Shown here piece after piece: positions 49,215 through 58,414 of a stretch of DNA of 64,000 bases. The stretch's first letter is position 1. Every line of letters starts with the position of its first letter. The DNA is taken from NCBI GenBank assembly GCA_965203265.1, contig CBDBBV010000002.1, positions 1,362,773 to 1,426,772 on the forward strand, in the 5' to 3' direction. The translations under genes and the position numbers were made by a program. Below the pieces are notes generated by a model. The model was not told the origin of the DNA. It made no database searches and was given only the letters and a program-made list of their open reading frames with translations. Source of the DNA: Candidatus Poriferihabitaceae bacterium (GTDB lineage Bacteria; Pseudomonadota; Gammaproteobacteria; Arenicellales; Poriferihabitantaceae).

Positions 49215-49415
49215 TCAAACTTCGAGAGATTTCAGGCGCGCCACGATCTGCTCGACTCGCCCGTGGGCGATGCGGTTCTTTTCCTGCAAGGACTGGCAGG
49301 TCTGCTGCAACATGCGCAGGTCGTTGCGCAACACCTCGTTTTCCCGGCGCACGCTCTCTGCGATCTTGATCAGGTCGGCGGTGCGCCGTTCGAGTTTTTG
49401 TATGGTCTGGTTCAC
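49215..49415 (-). CDS. small coiled-coil protein (ZapB-like / zapA-associated family)
   Basis: 66 aa with heptad character (LERRTADLIKIAESVRRENEVLRNDLRMLQQTCQSLQEKN), directly upstream of zapA. Confidence 0.5.
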   Translation of the reverse strand: MNQTIQKLERRTADLIKIAESVRRENEVLRNDLRMLQQTCQSLQEKNRIAHGRVEQIVARLKSLEV

Positions 49416-49540
49416 CGGGTTCGTCTTGGGATTTCGATGGGGAATATAAATCGCCCGCCGAGGCGCGTCAAATGCTTATCGCCGAAAAGTACATTTCGCC
49501 CTGAGGATGCCGCCTGCGGGTTACGGGTTACAATAATGCG

Positions 49541-50122
49541 ATGAACATGAACGACACCCTAGCGCCCCCGACCGGGCAATTCCAAGCGAAAATCTACCGG
49601 CAACTCGACGAGCGGCTGAAGACATCCAGCTGGAACGGCGGCGCCGCCGAAGCACACGGGCTGCTCAGCGCCCTCGCCTGCCGCGGCATCCCCGGCGAGC
49701 AGCTGGGCGCCAAGGCGTGGCTGCTGCAGATGACGGAGAAGGCGGACATCGACCTGCTCGAAGGCATGTACGGCCTGATCCTGCGGGATTTGCAGTCCGA
49801 CGACTTCGCCTTCACCCTGCTGCTGCCGGATGAGGATTGCGATCTCGCGCGACGCATCGAGGCGCTGGCGGACTGGTGCGGCGGCTTCATGCAGGGATTC
49901 CTGCACGACGGCGCCGGGCGGCTCGACGACATCCCCGACACGGTGCGCGAATCCATCGACGACATCATGGAAATCAGCCGCCTCGACGGCGACGCGCGCG
50001 CCGACGAACAGAGTGAACGCCAGTTGTGCGAACTCGAGGAATACCTGCGGGTCGCCGCCCGGCTGATCTTCGAGGAACTCAATCCCGCCGCGCCCGCCAC
50101 CGCCGCGAGGGCGAGTGAGTAG
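49541..50122 (+). CDS. ygfB: UPF0149 family protein YgfB
   Basis: It contains AEAHGLLSALAC and LADWCGGFMQGF, and lies in ygfB-pepP-ubiH order. Confidence 0.8.
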   Translation: MNMNDTLAPPTGQFQAKIYRQLDERLKTSSWNGGAAEAHGLLSALACRGIPGEQLGAKAWLLQMTEKADIDLLEGMYGLILRDLQSDDFAFTLLLPDEDCDLARRIEALADWCGGFMQGFLHDGAGRLDDIPDTVRESIDDIMEISRLDGDARADEQSERQLCELEEYLRVAARLIFEELNPAAPATAARASE

Positions 50123-50139
50123 AGGAGAGACGAAAGCCG

Positions 50140-51456
50140 ATGAATCCCGAATTCGACCGCGAAATACACCGCCGCCGCCGCCGCGACCTGATGGACTTCA
50201 TGGGAGACGGCATCGCCATCATCCCGACCGCGCCCCATCAGCCGCGCAACGGCGATGTACTGTTCCCGTTTCGCCCGGACAGCGATTTCTACTACCTCAC
50301 CCATTTCCCCGAACCGGAAGCCGTGGCGGTGCTGGCGGCGGGCAGGCCCGAGGGGGAATTCCTGCTGTTTTGCCGGGAACGGGACGCCCACAGGGAAAGA
50401 TGGGAGGGACGCCGTCAGGGCCTCGCCGGCGCCGTCGAAGTTTACGGTGCCGACCGCAGTTTCCCCATAGACGAACTCGACAAGCACCTGCCGCCTCTGC
50501 TGGAAAACCGCACCACGGTGTACGCCACCATGGGGCGCTGGCCGGATTTCGACGGCGACCTGCTGCGCTGGATCAGCAACATCCGCGCCCGCCAGAACGC
50601 CGACATCCACGCTCCCGGGGAACTGGTCGATCTGGGGCATATCCTGCACGAAATGCGCCTCATCAAGAAGCGAGACGAGCAAAAACTCATGCGCCGCGCC
50701 GCCAAACTGTCGGCGGCGGCTCATCGGCGCGCCATGCGGGCCACCGCGCCGGGGCGCTACGAATACCAAATTCAGGCGGAACTCGAATGCGAATTCCGCC
50801 TCGGCGGCAGCGAGTGGCCGGCCTACCCCGCCATCGTCGCCGGCGGCGAAAACGCCTGCATCCTGCACTACACGGACAACAACCGAATGCTGCGAGACGG
50901 CGAACTGCTGCTGATTGACGCCGGCGCCGAACTGGACTGCTATGCCGCCGACATCACCCGCACCTTTCCGGTCAACGGCCAATTCAGCGATGCGCAAAAA
51001 TCTCTCTACCAAGTGGTGCTGGCGGCGCAAAAAGCCGCCATCGAATCGATTCAGCCGGAACGGCCGCTGAACCACTACCACGATGCCGCCACGGCGACCC
51101 TGACCGACGGGCTGATCGACCTCGGCCTGCTACGCGGCGAGCGCGACGAACTCATCGAAACCGACGCCTGCCGGCGGTTCTACCCGCACCGCACCGGCCA
51201 CTGGCTGGGGATGGATGTGCACGATGTGGGCGATTACAAGATCGACGACCAATGGCGGCTGCTGGAAGCCGGCATGGTGCTGACCGTCGAGCCCGGCCTA
51301 TACATCACCCCGGCGGACGACATCGACGAGAAATGGCACAACATCGGCATACGCATCGAGGACGATATTCTGGTCACGCGCACCGGCAACGAAAACCTGT
51401 CCGCCGATGCCCCCAAGGAAATCGAGGACATCGAGGCGTGGATGGCGGGGGCATGA
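50140..51456 (+). CDS. pepP: Xaa-Pro aminopeptidase (M24B)
   Basis: Motifs LLIDAGAELDCYAADITRTF, HRTGHWLGMDVHD and VLTVEPGLY. Confidence 0.9.
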   Translation: MNPEFDREIHRRRRRDLMDFMGDGIAIIPTAPHQPRNGDVLFPFRPDSDFYYLTHFPEPEAVAVLAAGRPEGEFLLFCRERDAHRERWEGRRQGLAGAVEVYGADRSFPIDELDKHLPPLLENRTTVYATMGRWPDFDGDLLRWISNIRARQNADIHAPGELVDLGHILHEMRLIKKRDEQKLMRRAAKLSAAAHRRAMRATAPGRYEYQIQAELECEFRLGGSEWPAYPAIVAGGENACILHYTDNNRMLRDGELLLIDAGAELDCYAADITRTFPVNGQFSDAQKSLYQVVLAAQKAAIESIQPERPLNHYHDAATATLTDGLIDLGLLRGERDELIETDACRRFYPHRTGHWLGMDVHDVGDYKIDDQWRLLEAGMVLTVEPGLYITPADDIDEKWHNIGIRIEDDILVTRTGNENLSADAPKEIEDIEAWMAGA

Positions 51457-52736
51457 CGCAGTCGCCGGATGTGGTCATCGTCGGCGGCGGACTGGTCGGC
51501 GCCAGTCTGGCGGCGGCGCTGGAATCCAGCGGCACGCGGTTGGGGTTGGAGCTGAGAGTGGCGGTGGTCGAGGCGTTCGCGCCCGACGCCGAGGCGCAAC
51601 CGAGTTTCGACGAGCGCACCATCGCCCTGACCGACAACGCCCGCCGCATCTACACCGGCCTCGGCCTGTGGAGCGAGATTGCGCCGCACGCCGAGCCCAT
51701 TCGGGAAATCCATGTATCCGACCGCGGCCATTTCGGCATGACTCACCTGCGCCCCAGCGATGCCGGCGTCGGCGGCGCCCTCGGCTATGTGGTGGCGAGC
51801 CGCGTCCTCGGGCGGATTCTGCATCGGCATCTGAATCGCAGCGCCGCCGTTTCCCTGCACTGCCCGGCCACGGCGGAACAGCTGACCCAGCGCCAACGGG
51901 TGGCCGAGGTCGGCATATCCCGTAACGGCAAAAGCGACGAAGGCGGCAAAAGGAGCACGCTGGAAGCCGCTCTAGTGGTGCTGGCGGACGGCGGGCGCTC
52001 GCCGCTGGCCGGGCGGCTCGGCCTGCAACCCGACGCCGACGGCAGCAAGTACCGGCAAAGCGCGATTCTCAGCGTGGTCGAAACCGACCGCGCCCATCGC
52101 GGGCGCGCATTCGAGCGATTCACCGGCGAGGGGCCGCTGGCGCTACTACCGCACAGCGAGCGGCGCTACGCAGTGGTGTGGACTACCGGCGCCGAGCGGC
52201 TGACGCCTCGCTTGGCGCTGTCGGACGCCGAGTTCGTCGCCGAACTGCAACGGGTGTTCGGCGACCGCGCCGGCAATTTCAGCCGACCCAGCGCGCGAAA
52301 ATGTTATCCCCTGCGCTACCAGCGGATGAAAAATCCGGTCGGCCAACGGGTCGCGGTCATCGGCAACGCCGCCCACAGCGTCCATCCGGTGGCCGGGCAA
52401 GGCTTCAACCTCGGGCTGCGCGATGCCGCCGTGCTGGCCGAGATCATCACGCGCGCGCGGCGGCAGGGGCGGGACATCGGCGGCTCGGCGGTGCTTGGCG
52501 AATACGCCGCCCTGCGGCGGCGGGAAACCGTGCGGGTGGGCATGTTTACCGACGGCCTGATTCGGCTGTTCGGCAGTCGGCGCAAAACCATCCAACTGGC
52601 GCGCAATCTCGCCCTCGCCGGCATCGAATTTTCGCCAACCGCCAAGCGGCTGTTGTTGCGGCGCACCATGGGCCTGGCCGGCAAACCGTCGCGGCTGGGT
52701 GCGGGACTGCCCGTTGTGCCGGATGGCGAGAGCTGA
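51453..52736 (+). CDS. ubiH: 2-octaprenyl-6-methoxyphenol hydroxylase (FAD monooxygenase)
   Basis: Trimmed to MTQSPDVVIVGGGLVGASLA; its ATGA overlaps the pepP stop. Contains IGNAAHSVHPVAGQGFNLGLRD. Confidence 0.8.
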   Translation: MTQSPDVVIVGGGLVGASLAAALESSGTRLGLELRVAVVEAFAPDAEAQPSFDERTIALTDNARRIYTGLGLWSEIAPHAEPIREIHVSDRGHFGMTHLRPSDAGVGGALGYVVASRVLGRILHRHLNRSAAVSLHCPATAEQLTQRQRVAEVGISRNGKSDEGGKRSTLEAALVVLADGGRSPLAGRLGLQPDADGSKYRQSAILSVVETDRAHRGRAFERFTGEGPLALLPHSERRYAVVWTTGAERLTPRLALSDAEFVAELQRVFGDRAGNFSRPSARKCYPLRYQRMKNPVGQRVAVIGNAAHSVHPVAGQGFNLGLRDAAVLAEIITRARRQGRDIGGSAVLGEYAALRRRETVRVGMFTDGLIRLFGSRRKTIQLARNLALAGIEFSPTAKRLLLRRTMGLAGKPSRLGAGLPVVPDGES

Positions 52737-52758
52737 GACGGAGCCGAGGCGCGCGTCC

Positions 52759-54012
52759 ATGCCCAAGCGGTTTGATGTGGTGGTGGCGGGCGCCGGCCTG
52801 ATTGGCGCGGCCAGCGCCTGCCTGTTCGCCCGTCAGGGCTTCAAAGTCGCCGTGGTGGAGGCGCGCGCCCTCGACTCGCATCGGCGCTCGCCTCAGGATG
52901 GGCGCGTCAGCGCCGTCAATGTGGCCGTGCGCAATCTGCTCGAGGCGCTGGATGTGTGGGTAGGAATCGACCCGTGCGAGGTGAGCGGCTTCCACGCCAT
53001 GCGGGTGTGGGATGACAACAGTTCGGCGAAAATCTCGTTCAACGCCGCCGATCTGGGCGAGCATTGCCTCGGCTACATCATCGAGAATCGGGTGATGGTG
53101 GCGGCGATGATGGCGAAACTGCGGCACAGCTACAATGTTGTCGTCATGGACGACACCGAGGTCGACGCCATCGAGCGGCGCGGCGGGCGTTTGCTCGTCT
53201 CTCTGGGCGGCGGAGGAGGCGGCAGCGGGGGCGAGGTCGAAACCCGGCTACTGGTCGGCGCCGACGGCGCAAACTCCCGATTGCGAACGCTGAGCGGCAT
53301 AGACACCACCTTCTCCGACTTCGCTCAGGACGCCATCGTTACCACGCTGCACACCGCCCGCGAGCACGGCGCGACCGCCCGCCAATGCTTTCTCGAAACC
53401 GGCCCGGTGGCGATGCTGCCGCTGGCGGACGGGCGTTGCGCCGTGGTGTGGTCCTGCGACCGCGAGCTGGCGGACCAGCTCATGGCGCTGGATTCGGCGC
53501 AGTTCCTCGACCGCCTGCAGCCGCTGTTCCACCACGAACTCGGCGAACTCGGCGAGTGCCAACCGCGTCAACGCTTCCCCCTCGCCCAACACCACGCCGA
53601 CCGGTACATCGCCGATTCGGTCGCGCTGGTGGGGGATGCCGCCCACATCACCCACCCCCTCGCCGGACTCGGCGCCAACATCGGCTTTGTCGACGCAGCC
53701 GCGCTGGCCGAGGTGGCGGCGCACGCGCGCGACCACGGCAGAGACATCGGCCGCTACAGCGTGCTGCGGCGCTACGAACGCTGGCGGCGCGGCGACAATG
53801 CGCTGGTATTGGCGATGATGGCGGGTTTCAAGGACATCTTCGGCAGCCCCCTGGCCGCCGCCAAAAGCGCGCGCAGCATCGGCATGAATCTGGCGGACTC
53901 CGTTTCCCCGCTGAAAATCACGCTGGCGAAATTCGCCGCCGGCCTGCACGGCGACTTACCGGCCATCTGTCGCGCAGGTCGGCACGGCGGCGGCGGCGCG
54001 GGTGGGGTATAA
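52759..54012 (+). CDS. ubiI: UbiH/UbiF/VisC-family ubiquinone biosynthesis hydroxylase
   Basis: Trimmed to MPKRFDVVVAGAGLIGAASA. Contains VGDAAHITHPLAGLGANIGFVD. It is the second gene of the ubiH-ubiI pair. Confidence 0.75.
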   Translation: MPKRFDVVVAGAGLIGAASACLFARQGFKVAVVEARALDSHRRSPQDGRVSAVNVAVRNLLEALDVWVGIDPCEVSGFHAMRVWDDNSSAKISFNAADLGEHCLGYIIENRVMVAAMMAKLRHSYNVVVMDDTEVDAIERRGGRLLVSLGGGGGGSGGEVETRLLVGADGANSRLRTLSGIDTTFSDFAQDAIVTTLHTAREHGATARQCFLETGPVAMLPLADGRCAVVWSCDRELADQLMALDSAQFLDRLQPLFHHELGELGECQPRQRFPLAQHHADRYIADSVALVGDAAHITHPLAGLGANIGFVDAAALAEVAAHARDHGRDIGRYSVLRRYERWRRGDNALVLAMMAGFKDIFGSPLAAAKSARSIGMNLADSVSPLKITLAKFAAGLHGDLPAICRAGRHGGGGAGGV

Positions 54013-54056
54013 TTCCGCGTTGCCTCCAATCAAGACGAAACCGATTCCGATTCCCC

Positions 54057-54512
54057 GTGGCAAGCAGCGCCGATCTCCAGCAAGCAGGACTGAAGGCTAC
54101 CCTCCCTCGCCTCAAGGTGTTGTCGGTGCTGGAAAACAGCGAGGTGCGGCATATGGCGGCGGAAGATGTGTATCGGGTACTGCTCGAAGACGATCAGTCC
54201 ATCGGCCTCGCCACCATCTATCGGGTGCTGACCCAGTTTGAAAACGCTGGGCTGGTAATCCGCAATAAATTCGAGGGCGAGCGGGCGGTATTCGAGCTCA
54301 ACGACGAAGCCCACCACGACCATATGGTGTGCATCGAATGCGGCAGCGTTACCGAATTTTTTGACAAGCACATCGAGGCGCAGCAGGAGAAGGTGGCGAA
54401 AGACCACGGATTCATCATCCACGACCACGCCCTCACCCTCTACGGCAAATGCAAGAACTGCGCCGCCAAGAAGCCGACTCCGCCTCCGGTATTCAATCGC
54501 TCGCGTTCCTGA
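54057..54512 (+). CDS. fur: ferric uptake regulator
   Basis: GTG start. Sequence is VASSADLQQAGLKATLPRLKVLSVLENSEVRHMAAEDVYRVLL...HHDHMVCIECGSVTEF. It is the tail of the long track ORF 53064..54512. Confidence 0.9.
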   Translation: MASSADLQQAGLKATLPRLKVLSVLENSEVRHMAAEDVYRVLLEDDQSIGLATIYRVLTQFENAGLVIRNKFEGERAVFELNDEAHHDHMVCIECGSVTEFFDKHIEAQQEKVAKDHGFIIHDHALTLYGKCKNCAAKKPTPPPVFNRSRS

Positions 54513-54548
54513 GTTTCCTGAGTTCCTGAGCGCCGCCGCAACCCGCCC

Positions 54549-55502
54549 ATGCCCACCCTGATCACCGGTTCCTTCGCTTACGACACCATCATGGTGTTCC
54601 ACGACCGGTTCAAGAACCACATCCTTCCCGAACAGACGCACATCCTCAATGTATGCTTCGCCGTGCCGGAACTGCGGCGGGAATTCGGCGGCTGCGCCGG
54701 CAATATCGCCTACAACCTGAAATTGCTCGGCGGCGACCCGCTGCCCATGGGCACCGTGGGGGAGGATTTCGCGCCGTATCGCAGCTGGCTGGAGGAAAAC
54801 CGCATCGACCTGACTCACGTGGTCGAAGTGCCGGGCGCCTTCACCGCTCAGGCATTCGTAACCACCGATGCGGACAACAACCAGATCACCGCCTTCCACC
54901 CCGGCGCCATGGAGCACGCCCACCGCAATCGGGTAACCGACGCCGCCGCCGACGCCGCTGGAATCGATTTGGGCATCGTCGCCCCGGACGGGCGCGAAGC
55001 CATGATCCAACACGCGGCGCAATTCGCCCGCGCCGACATCCCCTTCATCTTCGACCCCGGCCAAGGGCTGCCCATGTTCACCGGCGCCGAGCTGGATCAA
55101 TTCATCGAGCAGGCAACCCACATAGTGGTCAACGACTACGAAGCCGAACTGCTGCAGGAAAAAACCGGCAAGAGTCTCGAACAAATCGCCGCCCGCACCC
55201 AATCTCTGGTGGTAACTCGCGGCGCACGCGGCGCCGACATCCACAGCGACGGCGCCTGCATTCACATTGCCGCGGTGCCCATCGATCAAGCGAGGGACCC
55301 CACCGGCTGCGGCGACGCCTTCCGCGCCGGCTTGCTATACGGCCTCGCCCACCACCTCGACTGGCAAACCAGCGGGCAAATCGCCTCCCTCCTCGGCGGC
55401 ATCAAGATCGAACAACACGGCACGCAGAACCACAGATTCGACAAATCCGAATTCGAGGCGAGATACAGGGAGAGTTTCGGCGATTCGATTCGTTTGGCCT
55501 GA
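54549..55502 (+). CDS. PfkB-family carbohydrate/nucleoside kinase
   Basis: Motifs GGCAGNIAYNL and DPTGCGDAFRAGLLYG. Confidence 0.8.
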   Translation: MPTLITGSFAYDTIMVFHDRFKNHILPEQTHILNVCFAVPELRREFGGCAGNIAYNLKLLGGDPLPMGTVGEDFAPYRSWLEENRIDLTHVVEVPGAFTAQAFVTTDADNNQITAFHPGAMEHAHRNRVTDAAADAAGIDLGIVAPDGREAMIQHAAQFARADIPFIFDPGQGLPMFTGAELDQFIEQATHIVVNDYEAELLQEKTGKSLEQIAARTQSLVVTRGARGADIHSDGACIHIAAVPIDQARDPTGCGDAFRAGLLYGLAHHLDWQTSGQIASLLGGIKIEQHGTQNHRFDKSEFEARYRESFGDSIRLA

Positions 55503-55592
55503 GTGGTGCGGCGGGGTCGGCGGCGGCGCGCCCCGCGCATCTACCGTGCCGATTATTCGGCCCCGCGTGTCGCAAGGAGGAGAAGAGAATCG

Positions 55593-57224
55593 TTACGCAA
55601 CGCCCTCGTTGAGCACAGCGGAACCGCCCACAGGCACAAACAGATCGGCTTGGACTTCCAATCGTCGCTTCGCCAATGCGGGAAACAGCTCGACCAACGC
55701 CTCCGCCGGGACGTTTCCCAGTTCCCTCGGTTCCAGTTTGTGCAGCCCGCCCCCGTAGACGCGACCTTCACCGAGCATAGCCTGCGGGCAAATCCGGTTC
55801 AGATATTCCCACACCCGCCTCTTCAGTTCCGGCCGATCCGACAAAGCGCGCGCAACAGGCGCCCGTGGGTACAACATCAGGTATACATTCGCCGCCGTCG
55901 CCTTCGAATGGTTCAGAATGAAGCGGAACGGCCTACCGTTCTTCTTGTCGCTCCGCCCAAGATAAGTGCAAACAAACGGTGCCGGAGGGCGGTATTCTTG
56001 CGCGTACCACATCGCCCGATGTCGGCAAATATAGCGATCGGCGGTGCCCGCCGCTCTGCCTTCTTGCAAATAAATCCACAGATTCGGGTAGCGCTTCCTG
56101 ATCTCATCTTCCGTCCACGGCGGATCCAGCAGAAACAATCGCCGCTCCAACACCGGATTGCCATCGCAATCAGATGTAATTTCGTCGTCCGGAACATAGC
56201 GTGGGCTTGGCAGAATCGGCTTGAATGCGTCGATGGGCAACCCACGGGACGCAATTTTCCGTTGCGACAATATGAAGTAACTGTTGTTACCGGTAACAAT
56301 GCCCCGCTTGATCTTGAACAAATCACCCAGCACCGCCCCGCCCACCGTTTCGTGGGATTCCTTCACCGGATAGCGCGTCCACTTTGCATCGCGGCGCAGG
56401 GTTTCCACCGAAACGGATCGTTCCAGCCTCGGTCGTTGCAGCGTTCCGCCGAAAGTGAATCGTATATTCCCCCCAGTCAGAGGCGGCTTGTTGCGGAACC
56501 ACACAACCGCCGACGACACAAGCGCGTCACCGAACTGCACTTCATTCGGATCGAAACGGTGAATATGCAAGAGCGTAACCTTGTCGAGCAGATAACTCTT
56601 CACCGAGACGCCGTAATTCACATCCATGAACTCGCTTGGAATCAACCAGCCTGCCAGAGCATTATCGGCCATCCAAACATGACTCAAACCCAGAAAATAG
56701 CAATAGAGACCGGCCAGTCCGCCGATCTCCACCCCGCAAGCGTTTCGCGCGCGCATCTTCAATCGCTGTTTCTCACCGCTGACAATGTGATGATGTCGCA
56801 CATATGGCGGATTGCAAATCAGCAGATTGAATTTTTCGGCAGGAAGCGGCGCCTCGGCTTGAGTGAAGTCCTCGAGGCGAATATCCAGACCAGTCTTGCC
56901 CCACAGTTTCTTCGCCGAACCGCCGTAATGCGGATCGACTTCATATCCCACGGCAGCACTGATGCGATCTTGCGGAAAAACACCCAGCAAAGCCGAATAG
57001 AACGCTCCCGTGCCGATGGCCGGATCGATGAATCGCACCTTCTCGTCTTTTGCGAAATGCCTGTTCGCATAGCGTTGAATATCAACGGCCAAGTCGGTCG
57101 GCGTCGCGAATTGTCCCATTCGGTTGCGGCTAGCGGAGTCCCGTTGCCGATCAAGCAAATCCTGTAAAGCCAGTCGCTGCGCCTCGAATTCTGCAACGGT
57201 TTTATTGGGAATTATGTGTGACAC
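55593..57224 (-). CDS. gamma-class (Eco57I/TaqI-like) N6-adenine DNA methyltransferase; N-terminus rebuilt by a transposon TIR
   Basis: Motifs GQFATPTDLA, DPAIGTGAF and LLICNPPYV. The usable in-frame start is now GTG at 57224, inside the tnpB-element TIR. The track ORF extends to 57287 through the tnpB 3' end. Confidence 0.85.
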   Translation of the reverse strand: MSHIIPNKTVAEFEAQRLALQDLLDRQRDSASRNRMGQFATPTDLAVDIQRYANRHFAKDEKVRFIDPAIGTGAFYSALLGVFPQDRISAAVGYEVDPHYGGSAKKLWGKTGLDIRLEDFTQAEAPLPAEKFNLLICNPPYVRHHHIVSGEKQRLKMRARNACGVEIGGLAGLYCYFLGLSHVWMADNALAGWLIPSEFMDVNYGVSVKSYLLDKVTLLHIHRFDPNEVQFGDALVSSAVVWFRNKPPLTGGNIRFTFGGTLQRPRLERSVSVETLRRDAKWTRYPVKESHETVGGAVLGDLFKIKRGIVTGNNSYFILSQRKIASRGLPIDAFKPILPSPRYVPDDEITSDCDGNPVLERRLFLLDPPWTEDEIRKRYPNLWIYLQEGRAAGTADRYICRHRAMWYAQEYRPPAPFVCTYLGRSDKKNGRPFRFILNHSKATAANVYLMLYPRAPVARALSDRPELKRRVWEYLNRICPQAMLGEGRVYGGGLHKLEPRELGNVPAEALVELFPALAKRRLEVQADLFVPVGGSAVLNEGVA

Positions 57225-58400
57225 TTGACAAGCCTCATACTTGCGGGCAAACCGGAGCAACCCCCAGCTTAGCGCCCAACGGAGCATTCCCGCCCCTTTT
57301 CTTGATATTCACAGCGGCGTTCCTATCCCTATCCATCACCAACCCGCATTGCGGGCAGGAATGGACGCGAACCGCCAGCGACTTTTTCACAATCGCGCGG
57401 CAGTCGGAACACATCTGCGTTGTCTGTTTCGGGTCAACTTTCATCACTGCCAAGCCAGCACTTTCAGCCTTGCATGTCAGCCGTTCGACAAAAGCAGCCC
57501 ACCCTACATCCGAAACCTGCCGCGACAACATCCCTCGCGCCAAGCCTTTCACATTCAAGTCCTCGACAATCAGCGTCTTGCCCTGCTCCACCAATTTTTT
57601 CGCTGCCTGCCAGTGGAAATTTGCTCGCTGATTCCGCACCCGCAAGTGCAGTCGTTCTACTACTTTCCGTTGCCGCTCCCTGTTTCCGCTGCCGCGCTGC
57701 TTTCTCGCAAGCGACCTCTGCGCTACGCGAAGCCGTTTCAATTCCCGCTGCAGGAAGCGCGGGTTCGGAATCTGTTCCCCGGTGTCCGTTGTCAGGAAGT
57801 GCGTCAACCCTACATCGATTCCCATCGTGTCGGATACCGGAACGCGGGCAACATCCGGCAGGTCGAGCGTCAGTTGTAGTTTCCAACCTTTCGCGTCCCG
57901 CACCAACCGAGCGTATTTCTGCCTTGCTTCGGCTGGCAATGGGCGGTGGAAGTAGACGCGCAGGCGGCCATTAATCCCCTTGAACGAGAGAAATCGCCAA
58001 TTTCCGTTGCCGATTTCTATCCGATAGACTTTCTCCAGATCAATGCTCCGCCAGCGATTTCTCCCCTTGAATCTTGGGAAACCACAACCTTCCTTGAATC
58101 CCTTGAAAAACGCCTTGAACGCCTTGTCCAGTCGCGTCAGCGCGCCCCGCCCTATCTGGGCGGACTGCTCACGCCACCCTTCGTCAAATGAGCGTATCTC
58201 GGTCAAACTTTTGCATTGGTCGTAGTACGAAATCCCCCGCCCAGTCCGTTTGTAGCAGTCGATTCGCTCCTGCAACGCCGCGTTGTATAGCCCGCGCGTC
58301 ATGCCGAGCAGGACAAGCAGGCGCTTTTCCTGGCCCTTTTGCGGCAAACAACGGTATTCGTAGGTGCGGATCATCTTGTCAAGATTGATACATAATTCCC
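57207..58400 (-). mobile_element. 1194-bp tnpB-only element with 26-bp terminal inverted repeats and 8-bp direct target repeats
   Basis: GGGAATTATGTGTGACACTTGACAAG (57207-57232) and CTTGTCAAGATTGATACATAATTCCC (58375-58400) are inverted copies, 22/26. They are flanked by GTTTTATT at 57199-57206 and at 58401-58408. Confidence 0.8.
57235..58374 (-). CDS. tnpB: TnpB (OrfB) RNA-guided endonuclease-family protein
   Basis: 379 aa. RuvC residues lie in MGIDVGLTHF, LIVEDLNVKG and DRDRNAAVNI. The zinc finger is CSDCRAIV...CPQCG. Confidence 0.9.
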   Translation of the reverse strand: MIRTYEYRCLPQKGQEKRLLVLLGMTRGLYNAALQERIDCYKRTGRGISYYDQCKSLTEIRSFDEGWREQSAQIGRGALTRLDKAFKAFFKGFKEGCGFPRFKGRNRWRSIDLEKVYRIEIGNGNWRFLSFKGINGRLRVYFHRPLPAEARQKYARLVRDAKGWKLQLTLDLPDVARVPVSDTMGIDVGLTHFLTTDTGEQIPNPRFLQRELKRLRVAQRSLARKQRGSGNRERQRKVVERLHLRVRNQRANFHWQAAKKLVEQGKTLIVEDLNVKGLARGMLSRQVSDVGWAAFVERLTCKAESAGLAVMKVDPKQTTQMCSDCRAIVKKSLAVRVHSCPQCGLVMDRDRNAAVNIKKRGGNAPLGAKLGVAPVCPQV

Positions 58401-58414
58401 GTTTTATTCATCGT

